From Pseudoalteromonas translucida KMM 520 (GTDB lineage: Bacteria; Pseudomonadota; Gammaproteobacteria; Enterobacterales; Alteromonadaceae): DNA of 32,000 nt. The DNA lies in contig NZ_CP011034.1 of the NCBI RefSeq assembly GCF_001465295.1, positions 2,370,001 through 2,402,000 of the forward strand, in the 5' to 3' direction. The notes beneath the pieces were generated by a model that saw nothing but the letters and a program-made list of their open reading frames with translations, did no database searches and was not told the origin of the DNA. This document shows, in pieces, positions 10,977 to 19,689 of the stretch. Made by a program: the position numbers and the translations under genes. Within the stretch, counting starts at the first letter, position 1; the number at the start of each line of letters is the position of its first letter.

Positions 10977-11005
10977 TTGTTAATCTTAGCTAACTGAGAT
11001 AAAAT
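10977..11005 (+). promoter_or_regulatory. Sigma-70-like promoter candidate for ppiB-lpxH
   Basis: TTGTTA-17 nt-TAAAAT, 35 nt upstream of the ppiB ATG. This is a consensus match only. Confidence 0.3.
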
Positions 11006-11039
11006 AGCGCGACTATTTAAACCAGATACAGGAAACCTC

Positions 11040-11531
11040 ATGGTTGTTCTACACACTAATTTTGGTGACATCACCATTAAAATGTTTGATCAAGAAGCTC
11101 CAAACACAGTTAAAAACTTTTTAGAGTATGCAAATACTGGCTTTTTCAACGGCACTATCTTTCATCGTGTAATCGATGGTTTTATGGTTCAAGGCGGTGG
11201 TTTTATCCCTGGTATGGATCAAAAAGAAGTAAATGATCCAATTAAAAATGAAGCTAACAATGGCCTATCAAATAAAGTAGGTACTTTAGCAATGGCACGT
11301 ACGCCTGATCCTCATTCAGCTACAGCGCAATTTTTCATTAACGTTAACGACAACGATTTTTTAAACCACAGCAGCGAAACGTCGCAAGGCTGGGGTTACT
11401 GTGTATTTGCTGAAGTTGTTGAAGGCATGGACATAGTTAATAAAATTAAAGGCGTAGCAACAGGTAGCAACGGCTTTCATCAAGACGTACCACTTGAAGA
11501 TGTAATTATCGAAAGCGTTACTGTTAACTAA
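11040..11531 (+). CDS. ppiB: Peptidyl-prolyl cis-trans isomerase B (cyclophilin type)
   Basis: 163 aa. [15 protein letters not shown]...[22 protein letters not shown]...[17 protein letters not shown]...VIIESVTV is collinear with E. coli PpiB. Synteny cysS/ppiB-lpxH. Confidence 0.97.
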   Translation: MVVLHTNFGDITIKMFDQEAPNTVKNFLEYANTGFFNGTIFHRVIDGFMVQGGGFIPGMDQKEVNDPIKNEANNGLSNKVGTLAMARTPDPHSATAQFFINVNDNDFLNHSSETSQGWGYCVFAEVVEGMDIVNKIKGVATGSNGFHQDVPLEDVIIESVTVN

Positions 11532-11560
11532 TAGCGTTTACTCACATTATGTGAGTATAT

Positions 11561-11626
11561 AAGCGGGTATTAATATTAATTAAGTTTAAATATTTACTTA
11601 ATTTATATAAGCCCGCTTTTATTTTA
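11561..11626 (+). terminator. Compound stem-loop terminator after ppiB
   Basis: Outer stem aagcggg/cccgctt (11561..11567, 11612..11618) and inner stem aattaagt/acttaatt, followed by ttttatttta. A further small hairpin actcaca-tta-tgtgagt lies just upstream. Confidence 0.55.
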
Positions 11627-11643
11627 TCTAAAAAGACTCACCT

Positions 11644-12384
11644 ATGACTCGCAAAACTTATTTTATTGCCGACTTACACCTAAGTGAAAACCGCCCTGAT
11701 ATTAGCGCGGCATTTTTTAGCTTTTTAAATACGCACATACTTAATCAAGATGTAGATGCACTGTACATTTTAGGTGATTTTTTTGAAGTATGGGTTGGCG
11801 ACGACTACATTACAACGCTGAGCGCTAATGTAGCAAAGCATTTAAAAGCAGTCAGTGATAGCGGTACACCGGTTTATTTTATTCATGGTAATCGCGACTT
11901 TATTATGCGCGACAAGTATGCCGCAATGGCAGGCATGACTTTACTTGACGAGCAAACCGTAATAGATTTATACGGTACACCAACGGTTATTTTACATGGC
12001 GATGAAATGTGTACTCAAGATATAGAGTACCAAACGTTTCGTCGTAAAAGCCGCGGATGGTGGTGGCCAAAACTAATGCTGGCTATGCCACTATGGTATC
12101 GCAAAAAAATAGCCCGTAATGCACGCGAAAAAAGTAAGCTTAGCCAAGCCAATAAACCCCTTGAAATACTCGATGTGGTTGATGACGCGGTACTCGCTAC
12201 TTTTGCTAAGCACCAAGTCACTAATATGATCCACGGCCATACTCATCGCCCTAATGTGCATACTTACACAGTAAACCAAGAAACTTTAACGCGTACGGTA
12301 TTAGGTGACTGGTACACCCAAGGCTCTTATTTAGTGGTTACACCACAAGCTCAAAAGTTAATTAGCACCCCTTTTAAGGCGTAA
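11644..12384 (+). CDS. lpxH: UDP-2,3-diacylglucosamine diphosphatase
   Basis: 246 aa. Calcineurin-like metallophosphoesterase motifs are present: FIADLHL, GDFFEVWVGDD, HGNRDF, LHGDEMCTQD and HGHTHRP. It lies downstream of ppiB as in E. coli. Confidence 0.93.
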   Translation: MTRKTYFIADLHLSENRPDISAAFFSFLNTHILNQDVDALYILGDFFEVWVGDDYITTLSANVAKHLKAVSDSGTPVYFIHGNRDFIMRDKYAAMAGMTLLDEQTVIDLYGTPTVILHGDEMCTQDIEYQTFRRKSRGWWWPKLMLAMPLWYRKKIARNAREKSKLSQANKPLEILDVVDDAVLATFAKHQVTNMIHGHTHRPNVHTYTVNQETLTRTVLGDWYTQGSYLVVTPQAQKLISTPFKA

Positions 12385-12410
12385 AATGAGTGCTACAAAA
12401 GGTTAGTTTT

Positions 12411-13178
12411 TTATACAGGAATACCGCTATGAAATTTAAAGTCGGTATCGGGCGTTGCAATGAGCTCACGTTCTTTTTCTGCAAAAAACTGCACTCGCTC
12501 GGTAATATCAAAGTCGGCAATTTCTTGAGCCAGCGTTAAATAATCTTGATAATGGCGCGCTTCTGAGCGCAATAGCGAGATATAAAAGTCACCTAAACGC
12601 TTATCCACATGCGGAGCAAGCTTAGCAAAACGCTCGCACGATCGCGCCTCAATGTAAGCACCCACTATAAGCTTGTCGACCAATGCATCAGGCTCAAAGG
12701 TTTTTACATTGCGCAGCATACCTTTAGCATAACGGCACGGGGTAATACTTCTATATTCAACATCGTACTCGTCCATAATTTCTAATACTTGATAAAAATG
12801 ATGTAACTCTTCTTTTATTAGCATCACCATTTTATCAATTAACTCTTGCCCATACGGCGAGTTAGATTTAGGAATAATAGCCTTGGTAAGCTTATTTTTA
12901 GCCGCTAAGTCACGCCAATTTCCTTCACGTTTATAAATTAATGTTTCAAACGGTTTTAACCACTCAAGTAGAGCGTCGCTACTTTCTTTATCCACCGCAT
13001 ACTTACGAATTAAAAACATCGCCGATTGCGCCGCCTTTAACTCACATATCAAATGGTCGATTAATATAATTGATAGATTTTCTTTTTTTATCGCTTCATC
13101 AACCCACTGCTGTGGGGTTTCGCATTTTAAAAAACTTAAAATTGGCGCTAATAATTGTTGCGTAGACACTTTTTGCAT
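12411..13178 (-). CDS. miaE: tRNA-(ms2io6A37)-hydroxylase MiaE (ferritin-like non-haem diiron enzyme)
   Basis: 255 aa. LIDHLICELKAAQSA, LIKEELHHF, GAYIEARSCERF and LLRSEARHYQDY give the paired E / ExxH diiron ligand pattern. The protein is collinear with Salmonella MiaE as I remember it. Confidence 0.7.
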   Translation of the reverse strand: MQKVSTQQLLAPILSFLKCETPQQWVDEAIKKENLSIILIDHLICELKAAQSAMFLIRKYAVDKESSDALLEWLKPFETLIYKREGNWRDLAAKNKLTKAIIPKSNSPYGQELIDKMVMLIKEELHHFYQVLEIMDEYDVEYRSITPCRYAKGMLRNVKTFEPDALVDKLIVGAYIEARSCERFAKLAPHVDKRLGDFYISLLRSEARHYQDYLTLAQEIADFDITERVQFFAEKERELIATPDTDFKFHSGIPV

Positions 13179-13392
13179 ATCTCAGTATAGCTATAAACTT
13201 AATAACGATTTTACCATGAAACCTTTTTAAAAGATCACCACGGCCTACTTTTACATGGGTATCATTTACAATTACAAAATGTTAATACAATGTTACCTTG
13301 ACTTTGTAATGCAAGTGAACCATAACTGTATAGTGACTGTATAAAAATAAAACAGTAAAAAACTAATAAGTTACTTTTATGGAGTAAACACT

Positions 13393-13992
13393 ATGATACT
13401 AAATCACCTATGGGGGCTTTACGCTCACCCACTTGAAGAATGGCAAACAATTGATAACCGCCATGAAAGCCTAACTTATAGCCTCTCGCATATTTTGCTG
13501 ATTGCGCTGTTTCCTTCGGTTATGGGGTACTATTCATCGGTATATTTAGGATGGAGCATAGGTACAGGAAACCCCGTATTTTTAACCCATGACAGTGCAC
13601 TACTTATTGCAATTGCAATGTATGTGGCGCTAATTGCAGGTATATTTGCTTTGGCTTATTTAGCCCATTGGATGGGAGTAACATTTGGAGCACAGCCCAC
13701 TTTCACTCAAGCTCTCGAACTAGCAGCCTATACTGCAACGCCGGTGTTTATGTCGGCACTAGCTGCTTTTTTACCGCACTTATGGTTTGTGGTGTGCGTA
13801 GGCATGGTTGCTTTGGCTTACTCGGTGTATTTACTTTATACCGGTGTGCCAATATTAATGCATATACCAGAAGAGCGAGGCTTTATTTACGCAAGCTCTG
13901 TAGTAACTTGTGGCTTAATCTTACTGGTTATTATTTTAGCAGTTACCGCTATGCTATGGACAAATGGGATAGTGAGCCCCATGTTTACATAA
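13393..13992 (+). CDS. Yip1-family inner-membrane protein (E. coli YohC-like)
   Basis: 199 aa with about five hydrophobic helices after a short soluble N-terminus (LWGLYAHPLEEWQTIDNRHE). The layout and N-terminal motif resemble the Yip1/YohC family. The function is unknown. Confidence 0.6.
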   Translation: MILNHLWGLYAHPLEEWQTIDNRHESLTYSLSHILLIALFPSVMGYYSSVYLGWSIGTGNPVFLTHDSALLIAIAMYVALIAGIFALAYLAHWMGVTFGAQPTFTQALELAAYTATPVFMSALAAFLPHLWFVVCVGMVALAYSVYLLYTGVPILMHIPEERGFIYASSVVTCGLILLVIILAVTAMLWTNGIVSPMFT

Positions 13993-14046
13993 GTATTACA
14001 CCGCGTTGGAGTAAAAGTATTTGTGCTTTTGCTGCACAAAAAAAGG

Positions 14047-14058
14047 AGCTAATTAGCT
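14047..14058. repeat. Left copy of the 12-bp target-site duplication (agctaattagct)
   Basis: Identical to 15482..15493. The sequence is itself palindromic, so the exact junction can shift by a base or two. Confidence 0.7.
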
Positions 14059-14137
14059 AATGCAGATCGTTTAAGCTAATTGAACGATCTTTCAGAGGCT
14101 TCATAATAGGCTACAACAGAAGTTGTGGCCTATTTTT

Positions 14138-15469
14138 ATGTCTGAATTTATTAAAGAATTACACCTTACTACTGAGTTTTGCCAAGATCGTGATATTGAT
14201 TCGTTCACTAAGCACATTCCCCTTGAGTGGATTGAAGAAGCTGTTACCCAAACAGGAAGAGCATCAGTACGCAAACGAGGCTTCCCCGCCGAGCAAGCCG
14301 CTTGGCTTGTGTTAGGAATTGGTTTATTAAGAAACCGCTCAATATCTGAAGTCTGTGACAAACTAGAGCTCGCTTTTCCTGACGCTAAAGGAGAGCTTCC
14401 ACCATTGGCGACCAGCAGTATTATAAAAGGGAAAGAAAAGCTAGGCGCTGCGCCTATGAAGCACCTTTTTAAACATACAGCAACGCAGTGGGAGCAGTCG
14501 CAAACGTTTGATGACGTCTGTGGTTTAAAGCTACTAAGCGTTGACGGTACACAATTTAAAACCCAAGATACCCCGAGTAACCGTCACTTTGGATATGCTC
14601 AATCGACAACTAACTTTCCCTCAGTACTTGCTGTGACCTTGATGTCGACAAGAACGCATTTAATATCCGATGCAGCGTTTGGCCCTATCACTCAAAGTGA
14701 AATTCATTATGCTCAACAGCTTGTTGGCTCAGCACCTGAACATTCATTGACCCTATTTGATAGAGGTTTCTTTTCGGCTGAACTATTCACGAGCTGGCAA
14801 GGTGTTAGCGAAAATCATCATTGGCTTACGCCCATTAAAAGCAAAATGCGCTATGAAATAACGGGATCATTTAGTGAGTATGACCACTTAATAACAATGC
14901 CTATTTCGCCACAAGCTAAAAAATCAGCCCCTTACCTAGGTGATACATGGCAAGCAAGACTTATTCAAATTCCAACACCTAAAGGTGAAATAAAAGGGTT
15001 CATCACCTCATGCGTCTGTCCAGAAAAATACCCGCTAAAAGCGCTACTCGGTGTTTATTGGCAAAGGTGGGAAATAGAGCGAGGATATGGTGAGCTCAAG
15101 CAATATCAATTATCTAGTAAACCAGCGCTACGGAGCCTGAAACAGGAAGGTATTTATCAAGAACTATGGGGTATTCTGACGTCATACAATATCGTGAGGC
15201 TTGAAATGGCAGAGATGGCTAAAGCCCATAAAGTGGAGCCATTACGCATCAGTTTCATAAACGCATTATACCTGATACAAGACGAGTTTTTATGGTGCTC
15301 AGGTCGAAGCCCCGGGACAATCCCTAAAAAGCTGAAAGAACTACGTGAAAACGGGAAACGGCTAATATTACCGGAGAAAAGAAAGCGAAAAGCTTATCCG
15401 CGAGCGGTGCTCGCAAAGACACAAAAATATCCGGTTAGGTATAAACGAAAAAACACCACTCGTTCTTAA
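14138..15469 (+). CDS. IS4-family DDE transposase (443 aa)
   Basis: It is collinear with E. coli IS4 InsG as recalled (SVRKRGFPAEQAAWLVLGIGL, LLSVDGTQF, TLFDRGFFS, SPGTIPKKLKEL, KAYPRAVL). It carries the family signature Y-(2)-R-(3)-E-(6)-K in YWQRWEIERGYGELK. I prefer the ATG at 14138 to the TTG at 14123 used in the ORF track. Confidence 0.9.
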   Translation: MSEFIKELHLTTEFCQDRDIDSFTKHIPLEWIEEAVTQTGRASVRKRGFPAEQAAWLVLGIGLLRNRSISEVCDKLELAFPDAKGELPPLATSSIIKGKEKLGAAPMKHLFKHTATQWEQSQTFDDVCGLKLLSVDGTQFKTQDTPSNRHFGYAQSTTNFPSVLAVTLMSTRTHLISDAAFGPITQSEIHYAQQLVGSAPEHSLTLFDRGFFSAELFTSWQGVSENHHWLTPIKSKMRYEITGSFSEYDHLITMPISPQAKKSAPYLGDTWQARLIQIPTPKGEIKGFITSCVCPEKYPLKALLGVYWQRWEIERGYGELKQYQLSSKPALRSLKQEGIYQELWGILTSYNIVRLEMAEMAKAHKVEPLRISFINALYLIQDEFLWCSGRSPGTIPKKLKELRENGKRLILPEKRKRKAYPRAVLAKTQKYPVRYKRKNTTRS

Positions 15470-15481
15470 ACGAGTGGTGTT
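15448..15481 (-). terminator. IS-borne inward-facing intrinsic terminator at the right IS end
   Basis: 12-13-bp perfect stem acaccactcgtt/aacgagtggtgt with loop ctta. The minus-strand reading is followed by TTTTTT (A6 at 15448..15453 on the plus strand). The transposase stop codon lies in the loop. Confidence 0.6.
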
Positions 15482-15493
15482 AGCTAATTAGCT
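15482..15493. repeat. Right copy of the 12-bp target-site duplication (agctaattagct)
   Basis: Identical to 14047..14058. Confidence 0.7.
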
Positions 15494-15521
15494 CCTTTTT
15501 TTATTTAAGTATTTTTAACGA

Positions 15522-17048
15522 TTAGTCTGATTCGTTTTCATCTTGATTATGAATTTCTAACCCTGAAGACATCGCATTTTCGCGAGTACTTTTTGCAGAG
15601 TCATTACGCATTTTATCAATACGATTTAAGTAATCTTGATCAATGTCGCCAGTTATATATTGGCCATCGAACACTGATGTTTCAAATTTAGTGATTTCAG
15701 GGTTTTCTTTGCCAACCGCAGCAATCAAATCTTTTAATGATTGAAAAATCAAACCGTCAGAACCAATACTTGCATTAATATCTTCCACTTCACGGCCATG
15801 AGCAATAAGCTCAGCCGCAGATGGCATATCAATACCGTACACATTAGGAAAACGTATTTCAGGAGCGGCTGATGCAAAATAAACATTTTTCGCACCCGAC
15901 TCTCTTGCCATTTCAACTATTTGCGCTGAAGTAGTACCACGCACAATTGAGTCATCAACCAGTAATACGTTTTTGCCTTTAAACTCACGATCTATGGCAT
16001 TTAACTTTTGACGCACTGATTTTTTACGTAACTCTTGGCCTGGCATAATAAATGTGCGACCAATATAACGGTTTTTAACAAAACCTTGGCGGTAAGGTAA
16101 ATCAAGAACGCGGGCTATCTCGAGCGCAATATCACACGATGTTTCAGGAATAGGAATAACCACATCAATGTCTTTATCGGCCCACTCACGTGCTATTTTT
16201 TCACCCAATTTAGTTCCCATATTTACCCGTGCTGCATAAACAGACATACGGTCAATGGTTGAATCGGGGCGAGCAAAATAAACAAACTCAAAAATACATG
16301 GTGAATAAGATACTTTATCTGCACAGCTTAACGAGTGAAATTCACCGTTTTCGGTTACATAAATAGCTTCACCGGGTGCTACGTCACGAATAAATTCAAA
16401 ACCATCTTGTTTTAGTGCAACACTTTCTGAAGCAAACATGTACTCGGTGCCTTTTGCGCTTTCGCGCTTACCAAATACCAATGGACGAATACCGTTAGGG
16501 TCACGAAACGCCACCACACCGTGACCAATAATCATTGCGATAGCAGCATAACCGCCATTCACTTTGTTATTTACTTCGGTAATAGCGGTAAAAATATCTT
16601 CTGCGCCAAGCTGTAACTTGTTTGATTTGCTTAACTCATGCGCAAGAATATTAAGTAATATTTCTGAGTCAGAGGTGGTGTTTACATGGCGTCGTGCTTC
16701 TGAAAACAATTGCTCTTTTAACTCTTCTGCATTCGTTAGGTTGCCATTATGTGCTAATGCAATACCAAAAGGAGAGTTTACATAAAATGGCTGCGCTTCT
16801 GATGAGCTTGACGAGCCAGCTGTTGGATAACGAACATGGCCTATGCCAATTGTTCCCTGCAATCGTTTCATATGGCGAGTGTGAAATACATCTCTCACTA
16901 GACCATTTGCTTTGCGTAAGCTAAACGTATTGTTGTCAATGGTAATAATACCCGCGGCGTCTTGGCCGCGATGCTGCAAAACAGTTAAGCCATCATAAAT
17001 CGCCTGATTAACTGGCGATGTTCCGACTATTCCAACGATACCACACAT
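15522..17048 (-). CDS. purF: Amidophosphoribosyltransferase
   Basis: 508 aa. It has the [10 protein letters not shown]-terminal nucleophile Cys, the glutamine amidotransferase class II domain and the PRTase motif [13 protein letters not shown]. Synteny cvpA-purF. Confidence 0.98.
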   Translation of the reverse strand: MCGIVGIVGTSPVNQAIYDGLTVLQHRGQDAAGIITIDNNTFSLRKANGLVRDVFHTRHMKRLQGTIGIGHVRYPTAGSSSSSEAQPFYVNSPFGIALAHNGNLTNAEELKEQLFSEARRHVNTTSDSEILLNILAHELSKSNKLQLGAEDIFTAITEVNNKVNGGYAAIAMIIGHGVVAFRDPNGIRPLVFGKRESAKGTEYMFASESVALKQDGFEFIRDVAPGEAIYVTENGEFHSLSCADKVSYSPCIFEFVYFARPDSTIDRMSVYAARVNMGTKLGEKIAREWADKDIDVVIPIPETSCDIALEIARVLDLPYRQGFVKNRYIGRTFIMPGQELRKKSVRQKLNAIDREFKGKNVLLVDDSIVRGTTSAQIVEMARESGAKNVYFASAAPEIRFPNVYGIDMPSAAELIAHGREVEDINASIGSDGLIFQSLKDLIAAVGKENPEITKFETSVFDGQYITGDIDQDYLNRIDKMRNDSAKSTRENAMSSGLEIHNQDENESD

Positions 17049-17066
17049 GTAATTTATCCTCGCCGA

Positions 17067-17561
17067 TTAACGGTTTACTGAATTTAAAAAGCTTGAGTTG
17101 TTTTCAAGGTATGAAAAAAACCATTCAACAACAAAGCCAAATTCCGGAATCAAAATAGAGTTGCCCCACCAATGCGTACTAGGCGCACCTGTGAAAGCAT
17201 CAAGAAAGAAGAGTAACGCGCTCACGACCAACACGCCTCGAAGAGCACCAAAAACTATGCCAAAAACACGGTCGGTGCCTGATAAACCAGTACGTTGTAC
17301 TAATTCACCTAAAATGTAGTTTAGTAAACCGCCCAACAATAGCGTCACAAAGAATAATATGGCTATGGCCGCTGCATTTCTTAAAAGGGGTTCAGAAATG
17401 GTAGTTAGGAAGGAAGCTAAATATTGATAGAACAAGCTAGAGATGATAAAAGCGCCAGCCCATACGGCTAATGACATAGCTTCTTTAACAAAGCCGCGTA
17501 TTAAACCGATGACGGTAGATAGTGCAATAATGCCAAGAATGGCGTAATCAACCCAGATCAT
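17067..17561 (-). CDS. cvpA: Colicin V production membrane protein CvpA
   Basis: [31 protein letters not shown] matches the E. coli CvpA N-terminus, and the protein is multi-pass hydrophobic. I prefer the ATG at 17561 to the TTG at 17570. Confidence 0.9.
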   Translation of the reverse strand: MIWVDYAILGIIALSTVIGLIRGFVKEAMSLAVWAGAFIISSLFYQYLASFLTTISEPLLRNAAAIAILFFVTLLLGGLLNYILGELVQRTGLSGTDRVFGIVFGALRGVLVVSALLFFLDAFTGAPSTHWWGNSILIPEFGFVVEWFFSYLENNSSFLNSVNR

Positions 17562-17591
17562 AAGAACCAATTAGTCGCTAATTTGGGGCGC

Positions 17592-17621
17592 ATTCTATAC
17601 CTAAACATCGTTAATATGCAA
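17592..17621 (-). promoter_or_regulatory. Sigma-70-like promoter candidate for cvpA-purF
   Basis: The minus strand reads TTGCAT-18 nt-TAGAAT-gcgcccc (GC-rich discriminator), about 25 nt upstream of cvpA and downstream of the dedD terminator. Confidence 0.3.
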
Positions 17622-17715
17622 GTTTAAGCGGGAGATAACTGGTTGCCCAAAACAGTAAATTTTAACCTTAATTAAAATAGTTTTGACCAACAAATGAGAA
17701 GTGTTATACGACTAA

Positions 17716-17751
17716 TAAAAACACCTAACCTTGCTACACAAGGCTAGGTGT
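17716..17751 (-). terminator. Rho-independent terminator after dedD
   Basis: 12-bp stem acacctaacctt/aaggctaggtgt (one A:C on the plus strand, which is a G:U pair on the minus transcript) with a 7-nt loop. It is followed on the minus strand by TTTTATTAG and lies 6 nt past the dedD stop. Confidence 0.7.
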
Positions 17752-17757
17752 AACACG

Positions 17758-18387
17758 TTACTTGGTTACTTCAAATTGCGTTATTTTACCATTGAGCTTA
17801 GTTAGCTCTTTAAGTGCTGGTAATTGCTTTTGTAGCTCATTTTTATTAAGCGATGGGCCAACAAATACTTTAGTTAATGTACCGTTTGGCGTTTTTACTG
17901 GCTTAGTAAAGGTTTTAAACCCTTTAGCTTGTAGCTTTGCTTGCAGCGCTTTTACGTTTGCCGCATGAGAAAAACTACCTAATTGAATGACATAAGCCAT
18001 GCTGGTTAGGTTCTCATTGTTTTGGCGTGGCTTGATTGATTGTACCGGCGCAGCTGCTTGTGGTTGAGCTTTAGGCGCTATTACCGCCTCTACCACTTTA
18101 GCTTCTGATTCATAGTCACTTTGAGCAATATTAGCTTGTTGTTCAAAAGCGATATCATCAGCTTGAATATCTTCTATCTCATCTTGTTGCAGCGAGTCTG
18201 TCCCGGCTACGTTTTCATCAATTTCTTGCTGCAGATCGATTGTTTTGAACTCAGAGCGTTCTGGAATCGCTTTAAAGCCTTCTTTATAGTGCACTTTTTC
18301 ACCATCAAGTATGTTAGGTATAAACACAATTGCTGCGATTACCACGATACTTGTTCCGACTAAGCGATTTATAAAACTTGAGTTCAC
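17758..18387 (-). CDS. dedD: SPOR-domain cell-division protein DedD
   Basis: 209 aa with a GTG start. The N-terminal anchor FINRLVGTSIVVIAAIVFIPNILDGEK is like E. coli DedD, followed by a Q/A/P-rich linker and a C-terminal SPOR domain (YVIQLGSFSHAANVKALQAKLQAKGF). Synteny folC-dedD-cvpA. Confidence 0.88.
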   Translation of the reverse strand: MNSSFINRLVGTSIVVIAAIVFIPNILDGEKVHYKEGFKAIPERSEFKTIDLQQEIDENVAGTDSLQQDEIEDIQADDIAFEQQANIAQSDYESEAKVVEAVIAPKAQPQAAAPVQSIKPRQNNENLTSMAYVIQLGSFSHAANVKALQAKLQAKGFKTFTKPVKTPNGTLTKVFVGPSLNKNELQKQLPALKELTKLNGKITQFEVTK

Positions 18388-18398
18388 CGATATTCTCT

Positions 18399-19664
18399 CT
18401 ATTTTTTAAAGTAATTAATAGCGCCAGCAACAGTAAAAAATGAACCAAAAACAATCAAAACAGTGTCGTTTTGTTGTGTTGGCAAAATTACATCGAGTGC
18501 TGCTGCTACGCTATTATAACTATGCTTAATATCATTATGCGGTATGCTTTGTAGCGCATTTTGTAAGTTGCTAGCGCTATCACCACGTGGGCCATTTAAA
18601 CTCGCTAACGACCATTGATCAACTAAATGGCTTACTTCCTTGAGCACACCTGCTTTATCTTTATCAGCAAGCATAGCGACTAATGCATGAATTTTAAAGC
18701 CTTTATCTTTGTAGCTTAGTAATTTACTTGCTAAATATCGAGCCGATTCAGGATTATGCGCTACATCGGTATATACCAAAGGTTGCTCGCTTAACTGCTC
18801 AAAACGCCCTTCCACAACCAGATTAGCTAAACAGGCTTTGATCACCGACTCACTCGGGAGTAAATTTAACACACTTAGCGTGGTTAGTGCGGTTGCTGCA
18901 TTTTGACTAGGAATTGCTGGTTTAGCTAACTCAAGGTTGTACTGTTGATATTGCCAGCTAAAGGTATCTGCGTGCTCTTTAAATATAAAGTCACTGCCTG
19001 ATAAAACCATCTTGGCATTTATTTCATCGCCATAATCAGTCATGGTATGGGGAATATTTAAATCGCCAATAATAGCCGGCGTATTTTCACGAAAAATACC
19101 CGCTTTGTCATAAGCAACGAGTTCGCGCGTATCACCTAAGTATTCTTTGTGATCTAAATCGATAGTAGTAATAACACTCGCAAAAGGCGTAACAATATTA
19201 GTGGCGTCATAACGCCCGCCTAAACCTACCTCTAAGAGTACGTAGTCAACCTCACAGCGCTTAAAAATAGCCAGCGCACCTAAGGTGCCATATTCAAAAT
19301 AAGTGAGTGCGGTATCTCTGCGCCCTTGTTCTAGTAAATGAAAGGCATCAACATGATACTGGTCGCTAAGCTCTTGCCCATTTACCCGTACACGTTCGTT
19401 ATAGTGCGTTAAATGTGGTGAAGCATACGTACCTACGCTAAGGCCTTGCGCTAAAAGTAACGACTCTAGGCAGCGTGCTGTGGTGCCTTTACCATTGGTA
19501 CCGGCAATCAAAATAATTTTACTTGAGGTATTTAATAGCCCAATGTTATTAGCAACACTGGCAACGCGTTCTAGCCCCATTGCAATATTTGCAGGGTGAA
19601 CACTTTCTAAATAAAAAAGCCAATCATCAAGGCTTGATGATTGGCTAGGAATTGTTTTTGTCAT
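18399..19664 (-). CDS. folC: Bifunctional folylpolyglutamate synthase / dihydrofolate synthase
   Basis: 421 aa with a Mur-ligase fold and P-loop IAGTNGKGTT. Synteny accD-folC-dedD. Confidence 0.95.
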   Translation of the reverse strand: MTKTIPSQSSSLDDWLFYLESVHPANIAMGLERVASVANNIGLLNTSSKIILIAGTNGKGTTARCLESLLLAQGLSVGTYASPHLTHYNERVRVNGQELSDQYHVDAFHLLEQGRRDTALTYFEYGTLGALAIFKRCEVDYVLLEVGLGGRYDATNIVTPFASVITTIDLDHKEYLGDTRELVAYDKAGIFRENTPAIIGDLNIPHTMTDYGDEINAKMVLSGSDFIFKEHADTFSWQYQQYNLELAKPAIPSQNAATALTTLSVLNLLPSESVIKACLANLVVEGRFEQLSEQPLVYTDVAHNPESARYLASKLLSYKDKGFKIHALVAMLADKDKAGVLKEVSHLVDQWSLASLNGPRGDSASNLQNALQSIPHNDIKHSYNSVAAALDVILPTQQNDTVLIVFGSFFTVAGAINYFKK

Positions 19665-19689
19665 AGCGTGAGATCAATAAAGCTTAAAT

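Larger units (their letters stand above)
14059..15481 (+). mobile_element. IS4-family insertion sequence (IS4 subgroup), 1423 bp, apparently intact
   Basis: It has a single transposase ORF and imperfect terminal IRs. IRL AATGCAGATCGTTTAAG versus the reverse complement of IRR AACACCACTCGTTTAAG gives 12/17 matches, with a perfect TCGTTTAAG core. It is flanked by a 12-bp direct repeat. The size and duplication length fit what I recall for E. coli IS4 (about 1.4 kb, 11-13 bp duplication). Confidence 0.85.

Noticed and set aside
13668-14060. 130-aa ORF overlapping the Yip1-like gene out of frame and ending at the IS junction; also the 86-aa minus-strand ORF at 14101..14361.
   Set aside because: The first is an out-of-frame overlap with a well-supported membrane-protein gene. 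The second is antisense to the transposase 5' end. Neither has an RBS or a recognisable motif.
14038-15502. Alternative reading in which the IS has perfect 22-bp terminal inverted repeats AAAAAAAGGAGCTAATTAGCTA and spans 14038..15502.
   Set aside because: With those ends there is no target-site duplication (flanks ...gctgcac versus atttaag...). The length would also exceed that of IS4-type elements. The two halves fuse into a canonical host terminator located exactly where convergent genes need one. The ambiguity comes from the palindromic target and is only fully resolved by a second IS copy or an empty site.
17571-17715. Expected PurR box (ACGCAAACGTTTGCGT-like) upstream of cvpA-purF.
   Set aside because: No acceptable palindrome was found. 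The nearest sequence (ttaacgatgtttag) does not align to the consensus.
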